Shown here one piece after another: positions 50,770-62,892 of a stretch of DNA of 64,000 nt. The stretch is from Phoronis australis. Taxonomy: Eukaryota > Animalia > Phoronida. Below the pieces are notes generated by a model that saw nothing but the letters and a program-made list of their open reading frames with translations, made no database searches and was not told the DNA's origin. Within the stretch, counting starts at the first letter, position 1. The number at the start of each line of letters is the position of its first letter. The translations under genes and the position numbers were made by a program. The stretch spans positions 89,050 through 153,049 of the forward strand of contig NMRA01000647.1 of assembly GCA_002633005.1 (NCBI GenBank), read 5' to 3'.

Positions 50770-53700
50770 CTAAAAAGAAGGAAAAAATAATTAAGTCATG
50801 TTGACATCAATTCAATCAGATTACATGTACCTATCATCAGGCTTCCCAATAGATGGCGACGTGCTCTGCTCCACCCACTTACACGTACATAAGTTCGATG
50901 ATTCCCGTGTTAAACTGAAAACTTAGGAAAAATGTAGAAATAAACCCTACCACAGCCCTAGAGTCACAATACTCTCGATTCTGAATCATTTTGATATAGT
51001 GATATCCGCGAGTTTAAGTATCATTGCACAAAATCACACATCAAGGCATGAGAGAACTAGTCATAAGTTCAAGCATATAATCAGGCGAATGAGACGATGC
51101 TGTTACGAGTCAAAAATCTAAACTGACACGAGAGCTGCAGCAATAGCAAGAGGCTGAGTCTGCACCTTGGACTGCTCAAATTGACTAGCTGAAGTAACCA
51201 TAGGTAACATACTGAGTTTATACATACAAAATAATAGATCCATACAGCAGAGATAACAAACCTTTGAAGTGTTCAATCCTCGTATGTTGTGTTTTACCCA
51301 GAGCTCGGAAACTGACGCTGATAATGTAGCGCTCGTCTGAGCTGTCTCGCACCAAGAATGACCCATCGGGCTTATTGGCCAGTTTAGCCTCGGCATCTTC
51401 GTAACTTAGCGGGCCCCAGTACCAACCACACTGCAAATGAGTGGTCAATAGGTCACGTTACACAAAAGCACACTGTAGTTTAGTAGCAGGACCTCCAGTA
51501 CACCATAAAAGTTCCACGAAATACCTTAAGCGAAGGTTGTGGAAAAAAAGATTTTTGCATAATCATGCCATGTTCAGGGTTAAATAAATAAACGACTGAA
51601 TGATTGCTTTGGTCTGTTAAAAAATTAACTCTACCTTGAATTACAACACTTACATGTACCGCAACTATAAAATTTGCCTCCAATTGTTCCTGAATTACAC
51701 GGGNNNNNNNNNNNNNNNNNNNNNNNNNNNNNNNNNNNNNNNNNNNNNNNNNNNNNNNNNNNNNNNNNNNNNNNNNNNNNNNNNNNNNNNNNNNNNNNNN
51801 NGAGATAACAAAATGATAGACCCATATAACAGAGATAACAAAATGTTAGACCCATATAACAGAGATAACAAAATGTTAGACCCATATAACAGAGATAACA
51901 AAATGTTAGACCCATATAACAGAGATAACAAAATGATAGACCCATATAACAGAGATAACAAACCTTTGAAATGTTCAATCCTCGTATGCTGTGTTTTACC
52001 CAGAGCTCGGAAACTGACGCTGATAATGTAGCGCTCGTCTGAGCTGTCTCGCACCAAGAATGACCCATCGGGCTTATTGGCCAGTTTAGCCTCGGCATCT
52101 TCGTAACTTAGTGGGCCCCAGTACCAACCACACTGCAAATGAGTGGTCAATAGGTCACGTTACACAAAAGCACACTGTAGTTTAGTAGCAGGACCTCCAG
52201 TACACCATAAAAGTTCCACAAAATACCTTAAGCGAAGGTTGTGGAAAAAAAGATTTTTGCATAATCATGCCATGTTCAGGGTTAAATAAATAAACGACTG
52301 AATGATTGCTCTGGTCTGTTAAAAAATTAACTCTACCTTGAATTACAACACTTACATGTACCGCAACTATAAAATTTGCCTCCAATTGTTCCTGAATTAC
52401 ACGGGAAGTGAGTTGTGGTCTTGCAAAAAACATTTCATTTTTCCTTGAGATCATGCTGTGCAATACAGAATTACATGCTGTGAAAAGCCCAGAAATCATA
52501 GATTTTTCACTAAAGAACAATTTGAGACCAATGTGCTAAACGCAAATTGTCTTAATCAATTTTTGACCTAGAAGAGAGGTTTATGGCCACTTTAAGGGAG
52601 AAAGGTAGATAGCAACAAAATATATATGGGATAGGTTAGTCGTAAATATTCTGCAACGTAACTATTTAGAAAAAACAACATAATACACCCCAGCTATTTT
52701 TCAATTACAAGCAACAACAAACAAAAATTAAAAACTCCTATACAGTCCTAATACTTTAGAAGAGCCATCATTTATTTGTGTAACATTTTTTTAGAAACTC
52801 TGGCCCGAAAATCAATAAAAAGTCTGTTTTCAACAACTTTCCCTCCAAGGAATTGTGGGAATATTGACCTTGATGAATGACTTCAACTCTAAGTCACCCA
52901 AAAAAATCTATGCTTTGTCAACCATTGGAAGTATTTATATATTTTCTGAAAGGAGAAAGGTCGAGGATTCTACAAATATGCTTCTTACTACTGTGTTTTT
53001 ATTACTGCCACTTGACTAGTATGTTTTTAAGTTAAATTTTCATGTGCAAGAAAAGTTTATTCATAGCAAAAGTACCCCCAGCCGATAAACTTTTTTTGAA
53101 CAAAAACTTTGTTATGTCTCAAAAACGTTGTTAGGATTCTGTGATCACCAAATAAAAAAACACCCATGCGCACAAGGATTTGTGATTTTTAGAAAAGCTG
53201 CACAAAGTTGCAAATGCCAAGATTTGGTAAGCGATGCACAAAAAGCAAATCCTACATCATTTTTGATTGTCTCCACTGACTGTTTTAAAAAAAAACACAC
53301 CCAAAAATTAACTGCTTTTTGAGATAGCATGATATTTACCTATTTCGTGACTAATCATATATGTATCACTTTCAGCCCCAGATAAGGCATACTCAGACTT
53401 GAAACAAAAACCAAAAATGAAACAAAAACATTTTATTAATGTTTACAGTCCTAAGCTGTCTAAGATGAAGATGGTCTCACGAGCTGCCAAGCGAGCCTCA
53501 ATTGTTTCTCTGATGTCTTTAAAACTAGAGCTAACAAACTGGAGGGAGGATGCATGTTTCATATACAGTAACCCCGTACAAATGGATATTCATCACTGTC
53601 TAGTGATAAACTCAATGAAAATAACTAGGATGTTGATAAGGCGCTTAGAAACTGGGCCCACATCACAGTACCTTGAACCTCTCACCCGACTATAACACCA

Positions 53701-56700
53701 ATCTTGATATATGGTCCTTCTGTGTGGATCAATGCCAGCGACGACTTTTTGTGGCATGCATAAAACAGCTATCGTCAAATATTAGGAAAAATTTATGCCG
53801 ATGTTGCAGGCCTTTGAAAAGTTGAAGTAACAGTTACTTTTGCCCCAAATTTCAGCATACTTACATCCTTTAGTTTGACCAAACTTTGAATGACATCGAC
53901 GTCATCATCTACAATATGAAGCAAATATAAAGAGTAGAATAGAGCAATACTGATGCCACTCAGGCATTGCTCACAGTAGAGCAATACTGATGCCATTCAG
54001 GCATTGTTCACAGTAAAGCAATACTGACGCCACTCAGGCATTGCTCACAGCGTCCACAACAGAGTACACAACTGAAAGCTTTTAAAGTCCCATGCACTGC
54101 AAATTATTTCAAGTCGAAGTCGCACAAATTCAAGCTACTATGAATCAAGTAGACAATAGTGAATTTTCTCATTAAGAAACTGATGAACTCTATTCTGTCT
54201 ACAGTATTATCACGCATATTAAGCAAAGCAACATAACAGGAAAAAAAACAATAGCCACACTATCAAGCTCGAACTACAACAACGGTTTTCAAAGACGGCA
54301 TTGCAAGGAGCTTTATGCAGGAAGGGCATTGACCTTCGAACAAGCCTATGATTTTGAAGTGAAAAGAGGAAATTCAGAATTTTCTTTACTTAGCCAGTAC
54401 TACGTACAGGTGTATCTCGTATCATTAAAGTTATTTAATCAACAGGTAGATTGTGATTTGATGAGAATATCGGAGCCTTTTTGTAATGGAAGAAGAAGTG
54501 CCTACAATAGTTTTCAAAACATACTGGACAACATCAAAATTTAAGTTTCGGCACACAAAACCAAAACTAAAAACCCTGTAAAATTCAATTCAATTCAAGT
54601 CTCAAAAGGTATTGGTCCATCTACGTTGTAAAATTATGACAACTTACTGCTCAAGTTTATCGCATGTTAATTAAACAAGTACCAGATTAGGTGCAACAAC
54701 ATCACATTAAATGCTGACAAAACGTTGGCAATAACACTATTTTATTGTAACACAAGATTGACTTAACTGCCAAATAAATCTGGCAAGGCATTTATCCAAG
54801 TTTGACAAAACTCTGTCACGTTTATTTTGAAAACTACAGCAACCTTAAAGGAAACGCAAATACACAAATGAATAATTCGTGTTTTCACCTCCGATGTGGC
54901 TTTCGAAAGCATTTTCTATACTTTTATGGGGAAGGAGAGCCAGGCAAAATTTGTTTGACATATTCTTGAGTGAACGATTATTTACAACATAAGGATTGGA
55001 GGGGCTATTAAAACATGATTTTTTATACTCACTTGATCAAAAAACCACTAAACAGCATACTAAGACACCATAAAACCAATCAAGGGTTACCTTCCAGCAT
55101 TGATGAAGAGAGAAACATTTCAACTAATTTTCTTGACAAAAATTTTCATGATACTACTTACCCTGAGAATATGAGTTGGCTGAGCGAGCCGGCAGAGTTC
55201 TTGACTTCAGGGGTATGTCATGGCCAGGGTCTGTGTCACAGCTGATACTAGACCCAGTAGAGTGTCTCCTAGGAGAACCTAATATAATCAAACAAATAAA
55301 ACTACAACAGTTGTAATAACATGTAACAATGTGACAGCTTAAAGTACAATCTTCTTAGTTTCAAACAAAAATAATTGAAGAAATGGCCTTTTATTTTTCA
55401 AGGAATTCTAACTTTGTTACAAATGCCAACAAATTTCCAAAATATTATCTGATGGTTGCTGTTGCCCTGAACGTAAACACGTTAAGGTAATAATTTGGTG
55501 CTCCTTATCATTGGCGGACAAATGAGAAAACAAAATTTCACCCGTTGACCATATCGTGTACTAAATTGGTAAGATTTTTCATTAAGTCCACTTCACAGCA
55601 TGGTACCATGCACAAGACAAGGAGGTTTAAGGTCATGAACACTCAACAAGACTGCACACTGAGGCAGAACTTAACTCAGCAAAGGTGTATTTTATGAAAG
55701 CAGGAATTCTGTAGAATTTTAGAATTTTTTATTCTATACCAAGCTGGTATTAATTAGGTCAAGTGATCATGCATTTAATAAATGAAAATTTAGTACTTTA
55801 AAAGAAATGTATATTGATATTGATATAAGAACAAGATCAATATCATGATCTAAAGGCTCAACAATGAAATCTCCTAAATCCTGATACAGTTTTTTACATC
55901 ATTATTTCGTTTTTGTTTCATATCGCTTTAAAGTTTATTTCATAAAAACCATATAAGTGCAATATCTGACAGCCTCTCGTGTAAAAGAGGAACATTTCAA
56001 AAACAATTCTGAATTTGTTTTGTAGAACAGTGTATAAAACACAGCACTTGAACGTTTCGTATGAATCAAATTAGCGATATTTGAGACAAGATGTTCCGAA
56101 GTTGGCCAAGATTGGACATTTTTCTATGAAGTCCTTGGCTAGATAAACTTAAACCTCTTGATTTCTGGAAAAATCCAAAAACATTGGGAAAAGAATGTTA
56201 ATGTTACGAGAAAGCTCTGTCTAAATGTTCTGAATCAAGTGCAGCTAAAAAGAATAATGCTTTGAAAATGGAACTCTTTTTCAGAAAGATTACTGGCAAT
56301 AAGAGTTAAATGTTACATAAGCTCTACCCAAAATATGTTTGGGAACTTGAGTTCACACGCACACACCTATTTACATACCGGTATATCTTGATAGAATTGG
56401 TCAGGATAAATTATCCAGATCTCCAGGCTCAAAGATATACTGAACTGAGATGTCAAGGACCCCATATGGTGAAATTATCACACAATATCCCTTCACGAGA
56501 AGACTAACACTATTTGCTTAATTTACAAGGAAATGAATGGTATTCATAAGTGCAGCGTATATCAATGAATACATCCATGTGTAATGCCACGCAAATTTCA
56601 CGTTTTCCTCTGAACCAAGGATAACTTCCTGAATTTTAAAAGGATACCAAACCCGGTTTTGGCCAATTAAAAGATAAACTACTCTCCAATCCAGTTCTTT

Positions 56701-59700
56701 GCGACAAATTAATGACCTGGAATCCTCCGCAACCCTAAAAAAATTGGAGGAAAATTTGAAAACTACTGTCAAATTTTGCTAAACAGGCAAGCGTGACTTT
56801 ATATTTCGAACAAATTACACGGCAACTATAGGAAAAGACCACCCACCCAGGACCATGATGTCCAATTTATGAGATAAGGAGTGCTTTTAGTTGGTTCCTG
56901 CTTTTATCCTTTGAACATTCACAATTGACGACAATGATGCATTAGCAGGTGACAGAATGAGGACTGGTTGAAATCATCAAAACAAGGTTTATTATCCTTT
57001 TAAGGGATCACATTCAGTTTTTGTTTTTTTAAAGTGGAAAATTTCTTTAAAGACTCACTTATTGACTCGGACCGTGAGGACAGTGTGGCACCCCTTGGCC
57101 ACTGTCCAATCTCTGAAAGAGTAAAATGAGTCCGTTCATCACAACTACCTCCAAGACAGTGCCTTTCAGCATCAGCGTTGTTTACACAGTTTTCACATCC
57201 TGACCTTGTACCTGTTAAGGAGCATGAAATAATGTGATTTTAATTAGCGGCTTAAAGAACTTATGTTGGAAAGTTTTGGCCATGTGAACATGGAAAATGA
57301 AACACGATCATTTATGGCTGACCACCCCTTGCAACACGTCAGGGAGTCCCTAAAAATTAGACTACGAACGGGTCAGGTGGGATTACATTTCAGCTAAAGT
57401 GCTACACTGACAGTAGAAAGAAATTTGTATTACTTCAAGAAAGTGACAGAACCCGAGTTCCTGTTAAGAATGAAGGATAACATAGGTTTGTTTCATATGC
57501 AAGGTGTAAAGCACCAAAACTACAAATCCAACTCTAGTACACTGTGGGTAATAATCACACTATACAAAGGCAGACAACCCCTATTGACAGAACACCACCA
57601 AAGTCATGGAATGGCAAAGTTTGAATCCACATCCTGCTTCTAACTTGAATTTATTATAAAGGGTTGCAATAAAAACTATAATTGGCAGTCATGCCTATAA
57701 TCTAGACAGTCATACTATATTAACCACAGAAGTCATGGGAGACAACTTACCATTGTCGGTCTCCACAGTCTGGCCTGTTGATCGTCTGCCCATGTCAGAC
57801 AATCTAAAGTCAGTATCCTTTTTCTCGATACAACCAGAAGCCACAACAGAGCTGCCAGTATTTAGGCCATCACCATTACAACACTGAGGGTCACTTTCCT
57901 CTGAAATACAATCTCGTGAATGATTACACTCAGTGTCCTCACCGTCTAGTCCAAACTTCTGAACCAACGACGGGGTCCTCTCATAGTTACGACTAGGCAC
58001 AGGAGGTGTGTCCCCACTGCCACCATCATCATCACTATCATCATTATCATCACAAGACCGAAAAAAATCAGTATGAGGTTTACATGAGTGTTGAGATTTC
58101 TTCTCCTTTTTCGACACAGCATAAATAGCATTATCCTCATTTTCGCCTGTTTCATCATTAATTTGGGTTTCAATTTCTTCCGTTTCTGCATCACCGCAAC
58201 CAAGTGGATTACACTCTTCATAACTTGGAACACGTTTTGCCCGACGTCTGTTCTGAGCTTGCACAGGAAAGTTGTTGGAAGATGTTGCAATGTCGTGAGC
58301 AGACGAGTCTCCATCGTTGCTACGTACATCATCCTGTGCATCACCAACAGAGGGTGTGTCAATTGGATTACACTCTTCGTAGCTAGGAACACGTTTTTGT
58401 CTTCGCCTTCGCTGAGCACTTAAAGCCTCAGTTTGCACAGCATCAGTTTTGGCAGTCAGATCAAGACTTTCATAGCCACCATCAAAGTCATCTAAATGTG
58501 GCATTACTTCCGACTGATGCATAGATTCATTAGTACCACCCACACGTGAACTCTCTTCTGTAATGTTCAATTTATCCAAATCGACGTCTTCATAATCGTG
58601 TAGCCTCTTCCGTTGTTTGGGGCGACAATCAGACATGACAACATCTGAAGACTTATCTTTTTCTATTGCGTTTTGAGACGTGCTTTCATCAACCGATGAC
58701 CCACTGTGCCGTGGCGTTAAGTTTGGCGTGCACACCTCAAATATTTCAGCGCGTGACCGCCTTTGCCTTGCCGCAGTCTTAACGCCCCCTTGAGAATCTG
58801 GAACTTGTAGTACCTGCGTCTTAGTTGCTTCACTGGTCAATTCATTGTTTTGTTCTGTCGGTCGATCAGACACACCTGTTGCAACTGGTTCAAATAATTT
58901 GACCTTGTCCAGAATTTCTGCACCTTTAGTTTCAAGACGGTGACTAGTAAAGGCTTTGGAATGACCAGTCCTGTCATCAGAATGGGTCATTCGCTTATCA
59001 TCTTGACTACGTTCTTCTTCCATGGCAACCCATTTAGATTTTGCTTTCACGAAATTTACATGCTCTGTGGAGACATCACTACTGTCCGTTTCCACCCTCG
59101 CAACAGGTGCCAAATCAGGATTCTGGACTTCTGGCTCATTTTCACAAGAAACAACACGCGACCTCCTTCTTTTAGTTTGTGACATATCAACAGAATCGTA
59201 AATAGATTCAACATCAGGTGGGCATTGTTTAGAAACGAGTATTTGACGTGAGATGTCTTCACTATGACCCTGTTTCTCACCTTCTGCAATTTTAGTTGGT
59301 TCTGAGAATTTCACGCTTTCACGAGTGAACTCGACAGAATCATACAATGATTCAACACCAGGTGGCACCAACTTAGTGACTAGATTTACATGAGTTTGTT
59401 GGCTGGGATCTATATCGTCATGTGCTGTATTTTCACTGGCCACAGTTGAAGCACCATCATGTAAACGACCAGCCGAAACTGAATCCACACAAACACGATG
59501 AACTTGTTCACCTATAACAGCCTGCTCAGTGCTTGTCTCAACCTCTGGTAAGGCGCTACTAGTACACACATTTTTCAACGTTTCATTGACCAGATCACTG
59601 CTAGTTTTTCTGCTGGATGAAACAGTATGATTGTCATGAATATTGGATGGAAGTTTAGAATGACAGATTGTTTCAGTTGTTTCCACATGCGAATATGTGT

Positions 59701-62606
59701 CCTGTGCAACCACTGCGGCAAATTCACTTCCTGTTGGGTTTAATGATTCAGAAAATTCATTTGTGTCCACGGGATCTGGATGGTCATCACCGGATTCCTT
59801 GACAGCTTCTGGTTCACCGTCTTTCTTTTCTACTGACCGAGGCAGTGACAAGTCCTGCCCACTATTACCGCCACCTGTTGGACTACTTGTAGTTTCATCT
59901 GCTCTGTTCTGTGTATCAGACGTAACTTTGCCACGAGCCTCGATAGATTTTGCTGCTTCGGCATCCCCCAAAATTGATTTTGAATCTTTAACCTTTGCAA
60001 GGTCACTTGATGACAGTGGTGATTCAGTGCTAGCATCAACAATGCCAGAGTCCTACAACCATAGAATATGTGACATTTTTTGTTTTGTCAAGAATCTTCT
60101 AAACAGCATGCATGTGGAGAACTAACCCTAAGCCAACTAACATCAACTGTTTTGGACCCCGAATAAAATCTCTTAATATAAATTTTTAGGTCCATCTAAA
60201 GGCTAAACACTAACAGTGGGGCCAAGCCATTTTGACACTAACCAATAGACAAACAAAACCATGTTCAAGATTAATGGTATCTGCATAATTATAAAAAGTA
60301 TAAGTTTGCCGTAACAGCTGGTAATGATTTTCGGATGGCTTCAACTACTGTGGCACCTCCTAGTGGCAGTTTTCTGCATCCATGACTGTATCTCCCAAAC
60401 CCTCGGCATTTGTATTTACATGAGGTTAACAATGGGCGAAGACTTTCAGACTGTGCTACAAGAGGCAAGTTTTTTTCTGTTTTCCACTGTTTCTTTAAGT
60501 ATCTACTAAGCAGGTTTTTATGAAATTTTGTAAATAGGTTTCTATTAATGAAGTGATGACATATTCTGGTTTTCAGATGGATTTGACATAGGTGTGCACC
60601 ACATAGTGGCTGTTTTGATCAATTTGAAGTCTGTTTTTGTCGTCTGTCTCTCTATCAAGCAAACCATTATAAAGACGATCATTATGAAAATTGCTACATA
60701 TGTTTCTACTGGGAAGGGGATGGCTGGCAACGATTATTCAGATGGTTGCAACCACTGTAGCACCTCCTAGTGGAAGCTTTGTCTTTGGTGTCTTTGGACT
60801 CGGTTGAATAACAGTGTTAATAAATTATACCAAAAATGAGAATGGAGAATTTGACAGCAACAAAAAGTATATGAAAGTATGGAGCACCCAAAAAGGAACA
60901 AAGACTTTCACCAAAAAAGTGGCAGCACTGCAGCGGATGCTACCATAGTGAAATCTGGCCGATAATCAATAATGGTTATGGTGTATCCCAGCCATAGCCC
61001 CTTGTCTTAAGTTTCATCAAAATCAGACAATGCGCTTTGAGAATAAGTAATTGACACACAAAACTTTTTCAGAAACTAAAATGGCCAACAGGGGTGTCAC
61101 AGTAGTCGAATCCATATATACTTATACATATATATATATATATATGTATACATAATTATATAATTATCTTTCTGTCAAGATATATCAAATTGTAACAAGC
61201 TGTTTTACAATATTGACAAACTACAGTAAGTAAATATTGACGAAAATTAGAAAACTAAAATGGTCAACGAGGGGTGGAGGGGGGGGGCTACGGCAGTAAC
61301 ATGAGTGCTAACGCCAGTTGAGGCTAACACATTCTAACTTGACAATAATACGATGGTTCATCGAAACCTGACCAAGAAGGGGTGACAAGGTAACTCAGAT
61401 CCTTCCAAAACCAAGTGGTGCCAGCACATCCAAGACATTAACTCTTTTGTTAAGTTTAATCAAAATCCACCAAGTCCTAATACAATAATCAACGGACAAG
61501 GAAAATCTCGAACTAAACTAAAATTTCCAACAGGGGTGTCAGGTTAGTATGATCAATCAGTAAAGCGAGTGGCGTGGGCATATTCCCAACACACAAGCCT
61601 CTGCGCAAGGTTTGGCAAAATTCGTCATTTCCCAAAACTTGACAAACATGGAATTTCTCATAAAAAAGCCAATGAGGGGTGCCATGGAAGGTGAATCTCT
61701 CAAAAAATATACAGTTGTCAGCACGTCATGATACATTTGTTAAATTTAGTCATTCTCTGTCAAGATAATCAATGGACAAGCAAATGTGATGATGGACAGA
61801 TGAATGGGTGGGATACTGACTACATGAGACCATGTGTTTGAGGGTGGGATACTGACTACATGAGACCATGTGTTTGAGGGTGGGATACTGACTACATGCG
61901 ACCATGTGTTTGAGGCTGGGATACTGACTACATGAGACCATGTGTTTGAGGGTGCATAAAAGTGTGATCGATAGACACGGCAAACTTGTGCAACTGGAAA
62001 ATCAAGCAAGTTCTCAAGAGATATCGCAATGCCTCATAAGCCCCACAACACTAGTTCTCGTGAGTGACTTGGACCTACAAAACGCACCCGATGTTAAACT
62101 GCATTTCCTACTGTATCTAACTGTCAGGAAAACCAAAATCAAAAGTTGATTACTCAGGTCAATACGATCACAGGTCTTTTACCATGACAAAACTTCATTT
62201 CCTTTGCCACTAAGAATATTGACTGGTGAAGAAACACTTGAGAAAATCAAAGGGCAGCTCAAGGCAGCACAGGATTCAATAGGTGTACTAAGACAGGCTT
62301 TTGCATTAAACTTTCAAGACATAATCTAAAATGATAGTTTGGACACATTATCCCACTACACTTTGTTCTGTCATTGAAACTTTGCATGTAACTGTGAAAA
62401 GGTCAGCAATTACAAACCCCTGCTCTGGGCGCAGATCTCAGTGGTCCTCTGGTGCCATCTGGTGCTTTCCTGGCAGACAATACTTGAACAGTCTGCACTT
62501 CATAGCTAGCCGATGAACTTCCAATTTTGAACTTCTTCTTAATCTTACTGAAGAAGCCTCGAGATTTTTCTTTTCCACCAAAGGCATCCATTTTGTCATT
62601 GGACAT
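50399..62606 (-). CDS. SOCS7: Suppressor of cytokine signaling 7-like (SH2 + SOCS box), about 1114 aa; exons 62606-62418, 60052-57751, 57211-57059, 55278-55162, 53908-53865, 52132-51964 (or duplicate 51430-51262), 50769-50399
   Basis: SH2 CGWYWGPLSYEDAEAKLANKPDGSFLVRDSSDERY, then FLYFIRPTALGSPPIPVQLAHPISRF and SOCS box SLQHMCRFLI...DHIDKLPLP..VKAYL; the FLYF...PVQL..P.SRF segment resembles SOCS7. Using one SH2 exon copy the CDS is 3345 bp, in frame, with consistent phases. Confidence 0.88.
51262..51430 (-). CDS. SOCS7: SOCS7-like SH2 exon, copy 2 (probable haplotype duplicate)
   Basis: Same protein sequence as 51964-52132, offset 702 bp across an N-gap; only synonymous differences seen. Confidence 0.6.
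51802..51962. repeat. 30-bp minisatellite (agagataacaaaatgttagacccatataac), at least 5 copies, runs into gap
   Basis: Directly visible next to the SH2 exon donor site. Confidence 0.9.
51964..52132 (-). CDS. SOCS7: SOCS7-like SH2 exon, copy 1 (169 bp)
   Basis: CGWYWGPLSYEDAEAKLANKPDGSFLVRDSSDERYIISVSFRALGKTQHTRIEHFK. Confidence 0.85.
53865..53908 (-). CDS. SOCS7: SOCS7-like exon 5 (44 bp, helix preceding SH2)
   Basis: DDDVDVIQSLVKLKD; tag / gtaagt, phase 1-0 joins CGWYWG. Confidence 0.8.
53941..54050. repeat. 37-bp tandem repeat, 3 copies
   Basis: gagcaatactgatgccactcaggcattgctcacagta. Confidence 0.8.
55162..55278 (-). CDS. SOCS7: SOCS7-like exon 4 (117 bp)
   Basis: SSPRRHSTGSSISCDTDPGHDIPLKSRTLPARSANSYSQ; tag / gtaagt, phase 1-1. 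Confidence 0.75.
56643..56840 (+). repeat. Dispersed repeat, copy 2
   Basis: Similar to 45738-45935. Confidence 0.65.
57059..57211 (-). CDS. SOCS7: SOCS7-like exon 3 (153 bp)
   Basis: GTRSGCENCVNNADAERHC...LSSRSESI; cag / gtgagt, phase 1-1. Confidence 0.75.
57751..60052 (-). CDS. SOCS7: SOCS7-like giant exon (2302 bp), acidic disordered region
   Basis: Open frame of >750 codons, S/E/D/T rich; tag acceptor, G|GTAAGT donor. Confidence 0.85.
61806..61953. repeat. 36-bp tandem repeat, 4 copies
   Basis: gggtgggatactgactacatgagaccatgtgtttga; sits at a ttttatgcaccc (minus strand) HINE-like 5' end. Confidence 0.85.
62418..62606 (-). CDS. SOCS7: SOCS7-like first coding exon
   Basis: MSNDKMDAFGGKEKSRGFFSKIKKKFKIGSS...APRAG|gtttgt; acceptor upstream near 62618; phase 0 matches the next exon. 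Confidence 0.65.
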
Positions 62607-62892
62607 CCGATTGATTGACTGTAAGATCAAGCAAGAAAGTTTTAAATCAATTTTGAGTTCTCTTAAGTTATACAGTAACCACTTCCCGAAATACCACAAC
62701 ATCCTCTCTTGATTCTGCGATATTCACCCATAATGCTATGTGGCCGTAGAACAATTGGCTGTCCCTAATATACTGCAGTTGTGCCTATCAAATGTTATGT
62801 TTCGTATTTACATTGTATCAGTTTGCCAATCATCATTCTAATGCCAACCAATGTAGCAGAGTAAGCTGCAACACAGACACACCATAAAATTT

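Noticed and set aside
51262-52132. Tandem double-SH2 SOCS protein
   Set aside because: Both 169-bp exons cannot be included in frame, the copies encode identical protein, and they flank a gap.
270-62606. The four genes as one functional cluster
   Set aside because: They belong to unrelated pathways, are separated by ordinary repeat-rich spacers, and nothing in the sequence shows co-regulation; it would need synteny or co-expression data.
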